Notes: generated by a model from the letters alone, not told the origin. Positions 16,293 to 25,543 are shown, counted from the stretch's first letter. The stretch is 64,000 nucleotides of DNA from Ignavibacteria bacterium (GCA_016716125.1 JADJWZ010000020.1:7955-71954); one strand, 5' to 3'. Numbers and translations: made by a program.

Positions 16293-17924
16293 ATGATAAT
16301 CAAAAATATTTTTGTAATTATTTTTTTGTTAAATGTGAATCATCTCTGTCTGCAGGCGCAGGTAAATCAGGAGTGGGTTGTTTTCTATGACGGTTTAGGA
16401 AGTATCGATGAACCGGCAGGTCTGGCAATTGACGCTTCAGGAAATATTTTTGTGACAGGAAAAAGTAAAGTTAATTCTAATGAAGATTTTCTGACAATTA
16501 AATACAATAATTCCGGAGAAACTCAATGGATCCAGAGATACAACGGACCCGGTAATAATTCTGATTATCCGGGCGCAATTGCTTTAGACGGCGCAGGTAA
16601 TGTTTATGTCACCGGCGGCAGTACGCAGGCAAATGCAAATTTAGTATATACTACTGTTAAGTACAGCGCTTCGGGAGTTCAAATGTGGCTTCAGAATTTT
16701 GAAGGGACAGGTGAATTTGGAGATTTTGCAACTTCAATTGCGACCTATGGTTCGGGTATTGTTTATATTACAGGCAGCACTTATAATACAGGCACTTCAT
16801 ATGATCAGACAACCATAAAATACAATTCATTGGGCAGCAGAGTATGGGTCCAAAATAAAAACGGAACTGAAGATATTGATGATATGGCACACGCTCTTAC
16901 AACAGATTTCGCCGGTAATGTTTATGTTGCAGGTTATATAAGTAACAACAGTCAAAATTCTTATGATTATTCAACAATTAAATATGGTTCAAACGGGAAT
17001 GAATTGTGGTCAAGATATTATAACGGAACTTCTGATGGTTTTGATTACGGATATGCCGTTGCAGTTGATAATGCGGGAAATGTAATAATAACAGGCGTAA
17101 GCTATGATATTATTAGTTATTATGATATTGCAACAGTTAAATATTCATCTTCAGGTACACTTCTCTGGTCAAAGCGTTATGACGCTTACTACGGTTCAGA
17201 TGTTGGTAGTACCGTAATCACTGATGATTCTTTAAACGTATATGTTTCAGGCTGGAGTAATGAAGTAGATAATGAAAGTGATATGACCATAATAAAGTAT
17301 AATTCAAGCGGAGATCAGCAATGGGTAAAAAGAATTAACGGAACGGCAAACGGATCTGACTATGCTTACTCAATGATTAAAGACAGTTTCAACAATATAT
17401 ATGTAACGGGAACAGTTACCGGGACCGGAACTTCGAAGGATATAGTGACAATAAAATATTCCGGTTCAGGAAATGAATTATGGAATGTCAGTTATAATGG
17501 CATTTCCAACGGAGATGATATTCCTGTCGCAGTCAGATTAGACGGAAACAACAACGTGATCGTAACCGGCAAGAGCTATTCAGACAGCACTGATTTTGAT
17601 TATGTAACGATAAAATATTCCCAGACAGTGGGAGTAAACACGATCTCTAATCAGATCCCGGACAAAAATCATCTCGGACAAAATTATCCAAATCCTTTTA
17701 ATCCAAGAACACTAATTAATTACGAATTACGAATGACAAGTGATGTTAAACTAAAAGTGTATGATATTTTAGGAAACGAAGTCTCAACACTGGTAAACGA
17801 AAAACAAAATGCCGGAAGTTACGAAGCGGAGTTTGACGGCAGCGGACTTGCTAGCGGAATTTATTATTATAAGCTTGAGGCGGGCGGCTTTGTTCAGACG
17901 CGGAGTATGGTTTTGGTGAAGTAA
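16293..17924 (+). CDS. T9SS C-terminal sorting domain protein with SBBP-type beta-propeller repeats
   Basis: 543 aa with signal peptide. Repeated D-x-x-G-N-V/I-Y-V-T-G ... T-I-K-Y-x-x-x-G units. C-terminus QNYPNPFNPRTLINYEL...GIYYYKL...MVLVK. Confidence 0.9.
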   Translation: MIIKNIFVIIFLLNVNHLCLQAQVNQEWVVFYDGLGSIDEPAGLAIDASGNIFVTGKSKVNSNEDFLTIKYNNSGETQWIQRYNGPGNNSDYPGAIALDGAGNVYVTGGSTQANANLVYTTVKYSASGVQMWLQNFEGTGEFGDFATSIATYGSGIVYITGSTYNTGTSYDQTTIKYNSLGSRVWVQNKNGTEDIDDMAHALTTDFAGNVYVAGYISNNSQNSYDYSTIKYGSNGNELWSRYYNGTSDGFDYGYAVAVDNAGNVIITGVSYDIISYYDIATVKYSSSGTLLWSKRYDAYYGSDVGSTVITDDSLNVYVSGWSNEVDNESDMTIIKYNSSGDQQWVKRINGTANGSDYAYSMIKDSFNNIYVTGTVTGTGTSKDIVTIKYSGSGNELWNVSYNGISNGDDIPVAVRLDGNNNVIVTGKSYSDSTDFDYVTIKYSQTVGVNTISNQIPDKNHLGQNYPNPFNPRTLINYELRMTSDVKLKVYDILGNEVSTLVNEKQNAGSYEAEFDGSGLASGIYYYKLEAGGFVQTRSMVLVK

Positions 17925-18034
17925 ATTTTTACGTCAATACTCTACATAATTACAAATAACGAATTACAAATAAAGAGCAATGATCTTTTCCCTCTGCTTT
18001 CCAAGCTCCAGCTTGAGAAGATGGTTAAAGAGAG

Positions 18035-18060
18035 CGTTCCCAATCGGGAGATTGGGAACG
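18035..18060. repeat. perfect 11-bp-stem hairpin with GGGA tetraloop
   Basis: cgttcccaatc ggga gattgggaacg, in the convergent intergenic region between 16293..17924 and 18155..19468. Confidence 0.85.
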
Positions 18061-18154
18061 AAGATAACTGAAAGGAACCCTTTGTTAATTTACCGACGGC
18101 AAAAATATATTACTACAGAATGTCCTTGAAGAACTCTTTCTTCAAAGCTTTATG

Positions 18155-19468
18155 TTATTTAGTAAGCATCATTTTCCTCGTTTGTCTGAATCCGTCAGTT
18201 TCTATTGTATATAAATAAAGCCCTGAAGAAAAGCCGGAAGCATTCCAGTCCGCTTTGAATGTTCCTGACGGCAGATTTTGATTTACAATAGTGGCAATTT
18301 CCTTACCTGCAATATCAAAGATCTTAAGAGTTACAAAAGATGACTTTGGTATACTGAAAACTATATTTGTATTTGGATTAAACGGATTAGGATAATTTTG
18401 CTGCAATAAGAAGCTCTCCGGAACCTCTGAACTTATATTATTTATTCCGACCGAAGTACATCCGTTTGATGTTATAAGACTTGCTCTCGGACCTGATAAT
18501 GCTGCATTCATTCTTGTTGATTGCCCAATGGTAAAAATATTCATGCAGTTATCGTCAACATAGTCCATATAATTCGTGAACATAACTCCGGGTGCTACAG
18601 TTGTACATGCATCGAGAAGAGGAAACGCCGGACATCCCCCATTCTCACCTGCCTGAAGAGGCGTATCATCAACTTCATCATCCTGTGCGCAACCCGGTTC
18701 ATCACCCCAAATATGCTGGAGATTAAACCAGTGTCCCACTTCGTGTGTAGCTGTTCTGCCCTTGTCGTTTGGCGGCACTACTGTACCGATTGTTCCAAAG
18801 TATTTGTGCCCTATTACCATTCCATCAGTATTTGGCGGTCCTCCGGGCAGCTGTGCAAATCCAAGAATTGTCCCGGTAAAATTAACTACATAACAATTAA
18901 AATATCTGTTTCTGTCCCAGATATCTACGCCGCCCAGAGAAGCATAATACATACTTGTGTCGTCTACTGTGTAAGACACAATATTTGTCATTGTCCTGGT
19001 AATACCATTTGTAAATTCATTGTTCGGAGTACGCTGAGCCAGGCAGAACTGAATCTGCACGTTCGCTCCTAACGGCTTGAACGGAGCCGGAGTATTCACG
19101 GTATCCGCATTTAATCTAGCAAAATCCCTGTTCAGCACATCTATCTGCGACTGTATCTGTGCGTCACTGATGTTTTGTTCAGGTAAATTGTAAATAACAT
19201 GAACTACTAAAGGTATAGTTATTATCAGATTGTCAGTCTTCTCATATCCTTTTGTAAATTTTTCGATGGACTCGATTTCGGCTTTATACTGAGGATACCT
19301 TTCCAGTACTCTCTTGTTGAATTCTACGGTACCGCACTTGCTGTTCTGTTTTGTTCCTTCTTGTAGGGAAAGTCCGGATTCCGGACCACTGCTGTTTCCC
19401 GCATAAGAAAGTGAAATTACCGGAGAAACAAATAAAGCGCAAAGCAAAAGTTGAAAAGTTGTTTTCAT
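18155..19468 (-). CDS. M43-family (cytophagalysin/pappalysin-like) zinc metalloprotease with T9SS C-terminal sorting domain
   Basis: 437 aa with signal peptide. Extended zinc motif HEVGHWFNLQH. C-terminus QNYPNPFNPNTNIVFSI...GLYLYTI...MMLTK. Confidence 0.9.
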   Translation of the reverse strand: MKTTFQLLLCALFVSPVISLSYAGNSSGPESGLSLQEGTKQNSKCGTVEFNKRVLERYPQYKAEIESIEKFTKGYEKTDNLIITIPLVVHVIYNLPEQNISDAQIQSQIDVLNRDFARLNADTVNTPAPFKPLGANVQIQFCLAQRTPNNEFTNGITRTMTNIVSYTVDDTSMYYASLGGVDIWDRNRYFNCYVVNFTGTILGFAQLPGGPPNTDGMVIGHKYFGTIGTVVPPNDKGRTATHEVGHWFNLQHIWGDEPGCAQDDEVDDTPLQAGENGGCPAFPLLDACTTVAPGVMFTNYMDYVDDNCMNIFTIGQSTRMNAALSGPRASLITSNGCTSVGINNISSEVPESFLLQQNYPNPFNPNTNIVFSIPKSSFVTLKIFDIAGKEIATIVNQNLPSGTFKADWNASGFSSGLYLYTIETDGFRQTRKMMLTK

Positions 19469-19492
19469 TTAGGTAATTGTTTGATTAATAAA

Positions 19493-20008
19493 TTATTTCA
19501 TTGTGAGTGTAATTTTGCATGGTTTTGAAGAATTGCGGAAGGCTGAATAGTACCAGATACCTGAGACCGGTGTCTTTCCAATATCAAAATTGAAATAAAC
19601 ATTTCTGTCTGCCTGACCGGGGTTTGTGTTTAAAAGCAGATTCTCTTCTTTCTGATTTATCTTCCCCGTGAACTTGCCCTTATCCATTGTCCCGTATCCG
19701 TTAAACTCGGAAGTCACTTTTGTGAAGTTATAATTACCTGATATAACATTACCGCTGTGATCGTTTATTATGAGCAATCCTTCTGCAATTATTACATTAT
19801 TCGAATCGTACATTGTAAAATCATATTTACCCTTTGAAATATTGTTATCCTTCCTATTCACTTTGTTACCTGAACATCCGGCAATGACAATTATCATAAA
19901 AAATAAAAATCCTGAAATATACTTTGACAATTTATTATTGTTAGATTTTTGGGAAATACATTTGCAATTATGAGAATTAAGTAACTTTTTCTTTGAAGTG
20001 AATATCAA
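19493..20008 (-). CDS. hypothetical lipoprotein (probable true start TTG at 19930)
   Basis: The ORF contains a lipobox-type signal SKYISGFLFFMIIVIAGCSG. Starting at the in-frame TTG (19930) gives a canonical lipoprotein signal peptide. Confidence 0.6.
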   Translation of the reverse strand: MIFTSKKKLLNSHNCKCISQKSNNNKLSKYISGFLFFMIIVIAGCSGNKVNRKDNNISKGKYDFTMYDSNNVIIAEGLLIINDHSGNVISGNYNFTKVTSEFNGYGTMDKGKFTGKINQKEENLLLNTNPGQADRNVYFNFDIGKTPVSGIWYYSAFRNSSKPCKITLTMK

Positions 20009-20231
20009 ATTAAGAAGACATGACGTATTCTAATCTTTCAATATAAAATGGGTGAGGTATACAAATAGATCTGTTGAATATTATATTCATCTAAATCATA
20101 AATTCTTCGCATTTTACTCTTTTAAATTTAAAATGTCAAGATACTATACAATTGTCCTGCCGTTGTTGGCAAAAAAATTTGTATGAGCTATACAGTTAAT
20201 TTACCGGCAGCGGGAAAAATATTTTATATAA

Positions 20232-20266
20232 AAGCCGGGTCAGGTAAATTGATCCGGCTTTTTTTT
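20232..20266 (+). terminator. intrinsic-terminator-like hairpin with T8 tail, no annotated upstream plus-strand gene
   Basis: aagccgggtc-aggtaaatt-gatccggctt followed by tttttttt. Confidence 0.6.
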
Positions 20267-20398
20267 GAAAAGTAAATTCTTTTCGTGAAATTGATTTTTT
20301 ATTTCATTTTGATTAAGTTATAAAAAATGTGAAAGCAAGTATGAAACCGATTTTGAAATTTCTCTTTCCTGACAGACTTAAATCTTAATAAAATAATT

Positions 20399-22537
20399 AT
20401 GAAAAAGCTAATTACATTCTGTTTCCTGATTAGTGTTAAATTACTTTTTGCACAGTCAGGATGGTTTTGGCAGAATCCTGTCCCAACCGGAAATAATATT
20501 AATTGTTTAAGGTTTGTAAATTCAAATACTGGATACATTGCCGGGAGTATTGGGACAATATGCAAAACCACTGACGGCGGTAACAGCTGGAAAACTTTGA
20601 ATTTAAATACAATTGTTAATTTGAATTCAGTCTTTTTTACAGATTTAAATACAGGGTATGCTGCAGGTAATAACGGCACAATTTTGAAAACGAATAATGG
20701 CGGTGATGTTTGGCAGCAACAAGTAAGCGGGATAACGATTGAAGAATTATATTCTGTTTATTTTATAAATAATTCTACAGGATATATAAGCGGCGCATAC
20801 GGAAGAATACTCAAAACAACAAACGGAGGAAGTAACTGGGAAATCTTGAACATAAATACCATATTATTTCTCAGATCAATTGTATTTACCGGCGAGAGTA
20901 CCGGATACTGCGTAGGAGGAAGCACAGTCTTCAAAACTACAAATGCCGGGATTAACTGGATTGAACAAAACTCAAATACAAATTCCGCGCTTAATAGTAT
21001 TTATTTCTTAAATGACAATACGGGCTATGCCGCAGGTGCCGACGGTGTAATAATAAATACAACAAATGCCGGATCAAACTGGACAGTACAAAATACTTTT
21101 CCAAACTCTTTATTGAGTTCTGTTTATTTTTCTGATTTGAATAATGGCATTGCTGTGGGTACTAGTGATTTTACCTCGGCATTGTTTAAAACAACGAATG
21201 CAGGAGCCAACTGGAGTCCCTTATTAAACAGTGCTTATTATTCCTTTACATCGGTATATATGTTAAACAATTCACAAATATTAATTGCCGGATTATATGG
21301 TACAATTCTCAAATCAACTGACTCCGGAAGTACATGGATTACCATATCTCCGAAAGAAACGAATCGTTTAACTTCAATTAAATTCACTTCAGACAGCACC
21401 GGTTACGCTGTTGGTTCAGCAGGTAAAATTTTGAAAACTACAAACGCAGGAGTAAACTGGACAGCGCAATCAATCAATACCGGATATAATTTGCGTTCGC
21501 TCTTTTTTAATAATAGCAATACCGGATATATTGTCGGAGATACTAATGTAAATTTCATTTTATCCGGCAAAGTGTTTAAAACTACGAATGCGGGAATAGA
21601 TTGGGAAGAGCAATTTTCAGCAAGTGGATCTTTCAGCTCTGTGTATTTCCCGGATATAAATACCGGATACATATCTATCAACACATACTCTGCTACCCGG
21701 AAAATTATAAAGACTACAAACGCAGGGATTACATGGCTTTTCTCTCCGGTTGAAACATTACCGCCGAATCTTAATACTGTTTATTTTATTTCCAATGATT
21801 TAGGATTTACAGCAGGTGGAGACAAAATTTTGAAAACAACTAACGGTGCTGAAAGCTGGAGTGAATTAGCTTACGGGGCATCTTTCATATCAATTGATTT
21901 CATGAATAATACTACAGGATTTATTACAAGCGGAACAGGTTCTATTTACAAAACAACAAACGCCGGTGTTACCTGGATACGAAGACACAATGGAACAGTC
22001 GGTCTTTCTTCAATATCTTTTGTAACGGACAGTATCGGGTATGCGGTAGGATCCACAGGACTAATATTAAAATCAACCAACAGCGGAGCGAACTGGTTTT
22101 CTCAACAAAGCCCGACGATAGAATATCTGAATTCAACAGTATTTGTAAATGGAAGTACAGGTTATGCCTGCGGGGATCAAGGCACCATTATAAGTACAAA
22201 TACCGGCGGCAAAACAACGTCTGTTAATGGCAGTCAGGCCGGAAATAAATTTCCTGATAAATATTCTCTAATGCAAAATTATCCGAATCCATTCAATCCG
22301 AGAACTGTTATTCGCTATTCGTTAACCGAAAATCGCTTTACCAGTTTGAAAATATTCGATGCGCTCGGAAGAGAATTAGTAACGCTGGTCAATCAAAAAC
22401 AGGAATCCGGGACTTATGAAACAATATTTGACGGGAGTAATTTTGCAAGCGGCGTTTACTTTTATAGAATAGAAATCTCAGGTAATACTTTAAATGAAAA
22501 GTTTGCAGAGACGAAACGTATGGTACTACTAAAGTAA
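20399..22537 (+). CDS. T9SS C-terminal sorting domain protein with BNR/Asp-box (Ycf48-like) propeller repeats
   Basis: 712 aa. Signal peptide, then AQSGWFWQNP. Many TTNGGxxW / TTNAGxNW boxes. C-terminus QNYPNPFNPRTVIRYSL...GVYFYRI...MVLLK. Confidence 0.9.
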   Translation: MKKLITFCFLISVKLLFAQSGWFWQNPVPTGNNINCLRFVNSNTGYIAGSIGTICKTTDGGNSWKTLNLNTIVNLNSVFFTDLNTGYAAGNNGTILKTNNGGDVWQQQVSGITIEELYSVYFINNSTGYISGAYGRILKTTNGGSNWEILNINTILFLRSIVFTGESTGYCVGGSTVFKTTNAGINWIEQNSNTNSALNSIYFLNDNTGYAAGADGVIINTTNAGSNWTVQNTFPNSLLSSVYFSDLNNGIAVGTSDFTSALFKTTNAGANWSPLLNSAYYSFTSVYMLNNSQILIAGLYGTILKSTDSGSTWITISPKETNRLTSIKFTSDSTGYAVGSAGKILKTTNAGVNWTAQSINTGYNLRSLFFNNSNTGYIVGDTNVNFILSGKVFKTTNAGIDWEEQFSASGSFSSVYFPDINTGYISINTYSATRKIIKTTNAGITWLFSPVETLPPNLNTVYFISNDLGFTAGGDKILKTTNGAESWSELAYGASFISIDFMNNTTGFITSGTGSIYKTTNAGVTWIRRHNGTVGLSSISFVTDSIGYAVGSTGLILKSTNSGANWFSQQSPTIEYLNSTVFVNGSTGYACGDQGTIISTNTGGKTTSVNGSQAGNKFPDKYSLMQNYPNPFNPRTVIRYSLTENRFTSLKIFDALGRELVTLVNQKQESGTYETIFDGSNFASGVYFYRIEISGNTLNEKFAETKRMVLLK

Positions 22538-22581
22538 TCGTAAATCAGAAATAATAAATTTTATATTTAAATTTATATAAA

Positions 22582-22617
22582 AAACTTCCGGAGTCAAAAA
22601 TCTTCGGAAGTTTTTTA
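22582..22617 (+). terminator. rho-independent terminator
   Basis: aaacttccg-gagtcaaaaatctt-cggaagttt with a T-run, 45 nt after the stop of 20399..22537. Confidence 0.8.
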
Positions 22618-22723
22618 TTAAACAATTACTGCATTAAGAGGTAGTTTTTTTTGTAAGAATACTTCAGCAAAAGCTGCGAGTCCTGAAATCTGTCCGTTAT
22701 TCCAAAAAAATTTAACAGGTTTA

Positions 22724-22954
22724 TTAGACCCATAAAGTATCAGGATATTCTTTAACAACTATAGACCCGACAGAACCTCCCACGTTTTTAATTGTATCAT
22801 TTTTTGAATTAATAAGAATCAGTTTTAAATCAGATGTTGGGTAAATGCCGGGTTTGCGATCGAGTGTAATGTTTTTTTTATCAATGCTTAGTAAATATTC
22901 TATCCATACAGACTCTGATTCCTGATATACTTCTTTTGAAGTTTCTATTGACAT
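22724..22954 (-). CDS. small hypothetical protein (76 aa), possibly a fragment
   Basis: ORF only, with no recognisable motifs. Confidence 0.3.
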   Translation of the reverse strand: MSIETSKEVYQESESVWIEYLLSIDKKNITLDRKPGIYPTSDLKLILINSKNDTIKNVGGSVGSIVVKEYPDTLWV

Positions 22955-23145
22955 GTTGATAAAACTTTTTCTTAATGAACTGATTTTTTTTTTTGATTTT
23001 TATCATCAACCATAATAAAATTCAAAAAAAACAGAGAGAAAAAAATATTGACATTACAAATACAATAGTTTTTTCTCTTTTAATTAATTCCAGGCGTGGC
23101 GTCTGCAGAAAATCAAATTAAACATTTCGGGCTGCGGACTTTCTG

Positions 23146-23664
23146 TCAGTTTCCCGTATTTTTCTCAGCATATTGTTTTCCGGCCGCAATAAGTTTATTG
23201 TATATGTCTTCATATCCTCTCAAATATCTATCTTTTATGGAACCTGACAAGGCGCTGATCTTATCTTCAGATGCGCGGCTGTCATACAATCCGGCTAACT
23301 GCATATACTCATTTTTAAAGACAGGTAAAACATATTCATGCAGCGCGAGCGAAGCGTCAAGCATTTCTTTTGTATCTTCTGTTGGTTTCAGTTCTTTCAG
23401 TTTGCTTAAATTTGTTTCAATGAATTCGATATGTGAATTTACAGCATCAACGCTTTTCATAGCGGCGGTCTCATTGTTTTCGCCGGTCTTCATCTCTGAA
23501 GGCGATTCGAGCTGCCTGATCATTCCGTTCCCGGCAAATCCTGAAAGTCTGTTGGTATTTAAAACTGCTATGTTAAAATAATTTTCCGGTGAGTTATTTC
23601 CGCAGGAAATAAATATAATGCTGATAAATAAGACGCTGATTACAGCTGAGAAACATTTATTCAT
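23146..23664 (-). CDS. hypothetical lipoprotein
   Basis: Signal peptide with lipobox MNKCFSAVISVLFISIIFISCGNN. Preferred over the overlapping plus-strand ORF 23096..23581, which is low-complexity. Confidence 0.65.
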   Translation of the reverse strand: MNKCFSAVISVLFISIIFISCGNNSPENYFNIAVLNTNRLSGFAGNGMIRQLESPSEMKTGENNETAAMKSVDAVNSHIEFIETNLSKLKELKPTEDTKEMLDASLALHEYVLPVFKNEYMQLAGLYDSRASEDKISALSGSIKDRYLRGYEDIYNKLIAAGKQYAEKNTGN

Positions 23665-23811
23665 ATCAGTGGTTTTGATCTCTTAGATTAAAAATTAGTT
23701 TTAAGAATTTAAGAAAACATTAAGAATTTTAAACTAATTAAAAGGTGAGAGCAGATTAAATTTATCACACAGTAAATTTACAGTAGAATATAAGAAAAAC
23801 TAAAACTCGGC

Positions 23812-24183
23812 TTATGTACTGAAATGAACAGCAAGCCATATGCACTCGGGGTCAGAGGAAGTTCTTATAACTCTGTGCTTAACCCCCGCCGGAATGAACA
23901 GATGATCGCCGGCATTTAAATGAAATTTCCTTTCATCAAAAAATAATATTTCCGCATTTCCTTTTATCAGGATCACCCATTCGTTTTTTTCCTGTTCAAG
24001 CCACCTGCCTACGGGCGTTACGTGACCTGCGGAAATTATTCTTTCGATCTGAATACCGCTCTTACTTTCATCATTCACATTTTCATTCTCATTTTCACTT
24101 TCATTATAATCAGGGTATAATGTCTGAAAATATTCAAACCTTTCGTTCAGCTCTTCCGGTCTTTCAAATAAATTATTTTTCAT
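23812..24183 (-). CDS. cupin domain protein
   Basis: 123 aa. Cupin-like core EWVILIKGNAEILF...HLFIPAGVKHRV. Confidence 0.7.
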   Translation of the reverse strand: MKNNLFERPEELNERFEYFQTLYPDYNESENENENVNDESKSGIQIERIISAGHVTPVGRWLEQEKNEWVILIKGNAEILFFDERKFHLNAGDHLFIPAGVKHRVIRTSSDPECIWLAVHFST

Positions 24184-24237
24184 AATATTAAGCGGCTGTT
24201 GAATTTTTTATGCGAATAAAATTTCATTCCTAAAAAT

Positions 24238-24284
24238 AAAAAACCCCTTTTGCAAATCAGTAAAGAAATTTTAAAAAGGGGTTA
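24238..24284 (-). terminator. rho-independent terminator (minus strand)
   Basis: 10-bp stem aacccctttt/aaaaggggtt. On the minus strand it is followed by a T-run. Lies just downstream of 24307..24954. Confidence 0.65.
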
Positions 24285-24306
24285 AAACAATTTTAACTGA
24301 AAAAAA

Positions 24307-24954
24307 CTACCGGCTCTTCTCGTCTATTTCAATAACACTCTTATCTTTTACGTGATCGGGTACCGTACCGAGTACATAATCCCAGAGCGGGTTGCTGACG
24401 CCGTATGCAGTCTGATCATCTCCGTAATGATGTTTCAGATGATAGACTTTTAGGAATTTTCCGATCTTTCCGTTCATCTTAAAATGATGTGTGGCATAAT
24501 GGATTGAGTCATACGCTACATAACCGAGTGCAAATCCTGCGAATATTGACAGATAATAATCTCCGAAAATAACTTTGAATAAAAAGAAAAAAAACGTAGC
24601 CAGCGGAATGCTTACAAGTAAAGGCATTACAAGTCTCGTAGCGTCTCTCGGATAATCATGATGTATTCCATGAACAAGAAAGTGAACTCTCTTTCCTGTT
24701 TCTGATGTAGGGTGATAATGAAACGCCCATCTGTGTATCACATATTCCATTAAAGTCCAGAGGAGTATTCCGGCGAAGAAACTTATAACCGACGATAGTA
24801 ATGTAATATTTTCAGAACCGAAATATGCGGTTGCAATTATAACAGGTATGAATACAAAAAGCGGTGTAGCAGGATGAATATGAGAAAAATATTCAAGAAA
24901 AGGATTTTTAAATAATCTTATTGTTTCGTTTTTATTTGATACGAACTTAGCCAT
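24307..24954 (-). CDS. fatty acid hydroxylase / sterol desaturase superfamily membrane protein
   Basis: 215 aa with several hydrophobic segments and histidine boxes HRWAFHYH, HGIHHDY, HYATHH, HLKHHY. Confidence 0.8.
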   Translation of the reverse strand: MAKFVSNKNETIRLFKNPFLEYFSHIHPATPLFVFIPVIIATAYFGSENITLLSSVISFFAGILLWTLMEYVIHRWAFHYHPTSETGKRVHFLVHGIHHDYPRDATRLVMPLLVSIPLATFFFFLFKVIFGDYYLSIFAGFALGYVAYDSIHYATHHFKMNGKIGKFLKVYHLKHHYGDDQTAYGVSNPLWDYVLGTVPDHVKDKSVIEIDEKSR

Positions 24955-25023
24955 TTGAGTAAAAAATTTTCAGTAAAATATGTAATTCATTTTTGTATAT
25001 AAACACAAATTTTAATACAATTT

Positions 25024-25395
25024 TTACTTTCCGGACTTAAGTACGTCCCTGATCTCGGTTAAGAGCTTTTCCTCATTTGACGGCTCCGGAGGCGGCGCTG
25101 CTTCTTCCTTGGTTCTGAATCTGTTAATTCCTTTCACTACCAGAAATAACACAAATCCTATGATCAGAAAATTTATTATCGCCTGTATAAGTTTTCCGTA
25201 TGTTAAATCAGCATTGCCGACTTTAGCCGAAAGTCCGCTGAAGTCAATTCCGCCGAGAATAATTCCGATCAGCGGCATAAAAAGATCAGCTACGGTAGAA
25301 TTAACAATCGCCCCGAAAGCCCCGCCGATGATAACACCGATTGCCAGGTCGAGAGCGTTTCCTTTTGAGATAAACTCTTTAAATTCGTTTAACAT
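25024..25395 (-). CDS. mscL: large-conductance mechanosensitive channel
   Basis: 123 aa. N-terminus [31 protein letters not shown] is typical MscL. Confidence 0.93.
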   Translation of the reverse strand: MLNEFKEFISKGNALDLAIGVIIGGAFGAIVNSTVADLFMPLIGIILGGIDFSGLSAKVGNADLTYGKLIQAIINFLIIGFVLFLVVKGINRFRTKEEAAPPPEPSNEEKLLTEIRDVLKSGK

Positions 25396-25543
25396 AAATG
25401 TGATTAATTTTTTTTTACAAAAGTATATTATTATCCGTCATTATAAAAGTCATGAAAGTATTTAGGGGTTTTGGCAAATTTATTTATCCGCATACCTGTT
25501 TTGAAAAATTAAGTGTTAATAAACTTTACAATGAAATGTTCAT

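Noticed and set aside
18521-19072. Long antisense or alternative-frame ORFs: 18521..19072, 20299..20679, 23096..23581, 25109..25465, 26898..27284, 30841..31377, 38310..38717, 50718..51026, 52839..53183
   Set aside because: Each lies wholly inside, or opposite, an ORF with clear family motifs, a signal peptide or CTD signatures. Their translations are low-complexity or Cys/Ile/Phe-rich, as expected from AT-rich shadow frames.
18155-20008. M43 protease plus upstream small lipoprotein as a protease/inhibitor or chaperone pair
   Set aside because: The only evidence is a 24-nt spacing on the same strand. The lipoprotein has no recognisable motif, so the idea is too speculative to list as a finding.
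22619-22735. Possible frameshifted C-terminal extension of the 76-aa ORF 22724..22954 (alternative frame reads LYGSNKPVKFFWNNGQISGLAAFAEVFLQKKLPLNAVIV)
   Set aside because: There is no motif or homology to anchor either piece, and an open stretch of about 40 codons is not unusual. There is not enough evidence to call a sixth frameshift.
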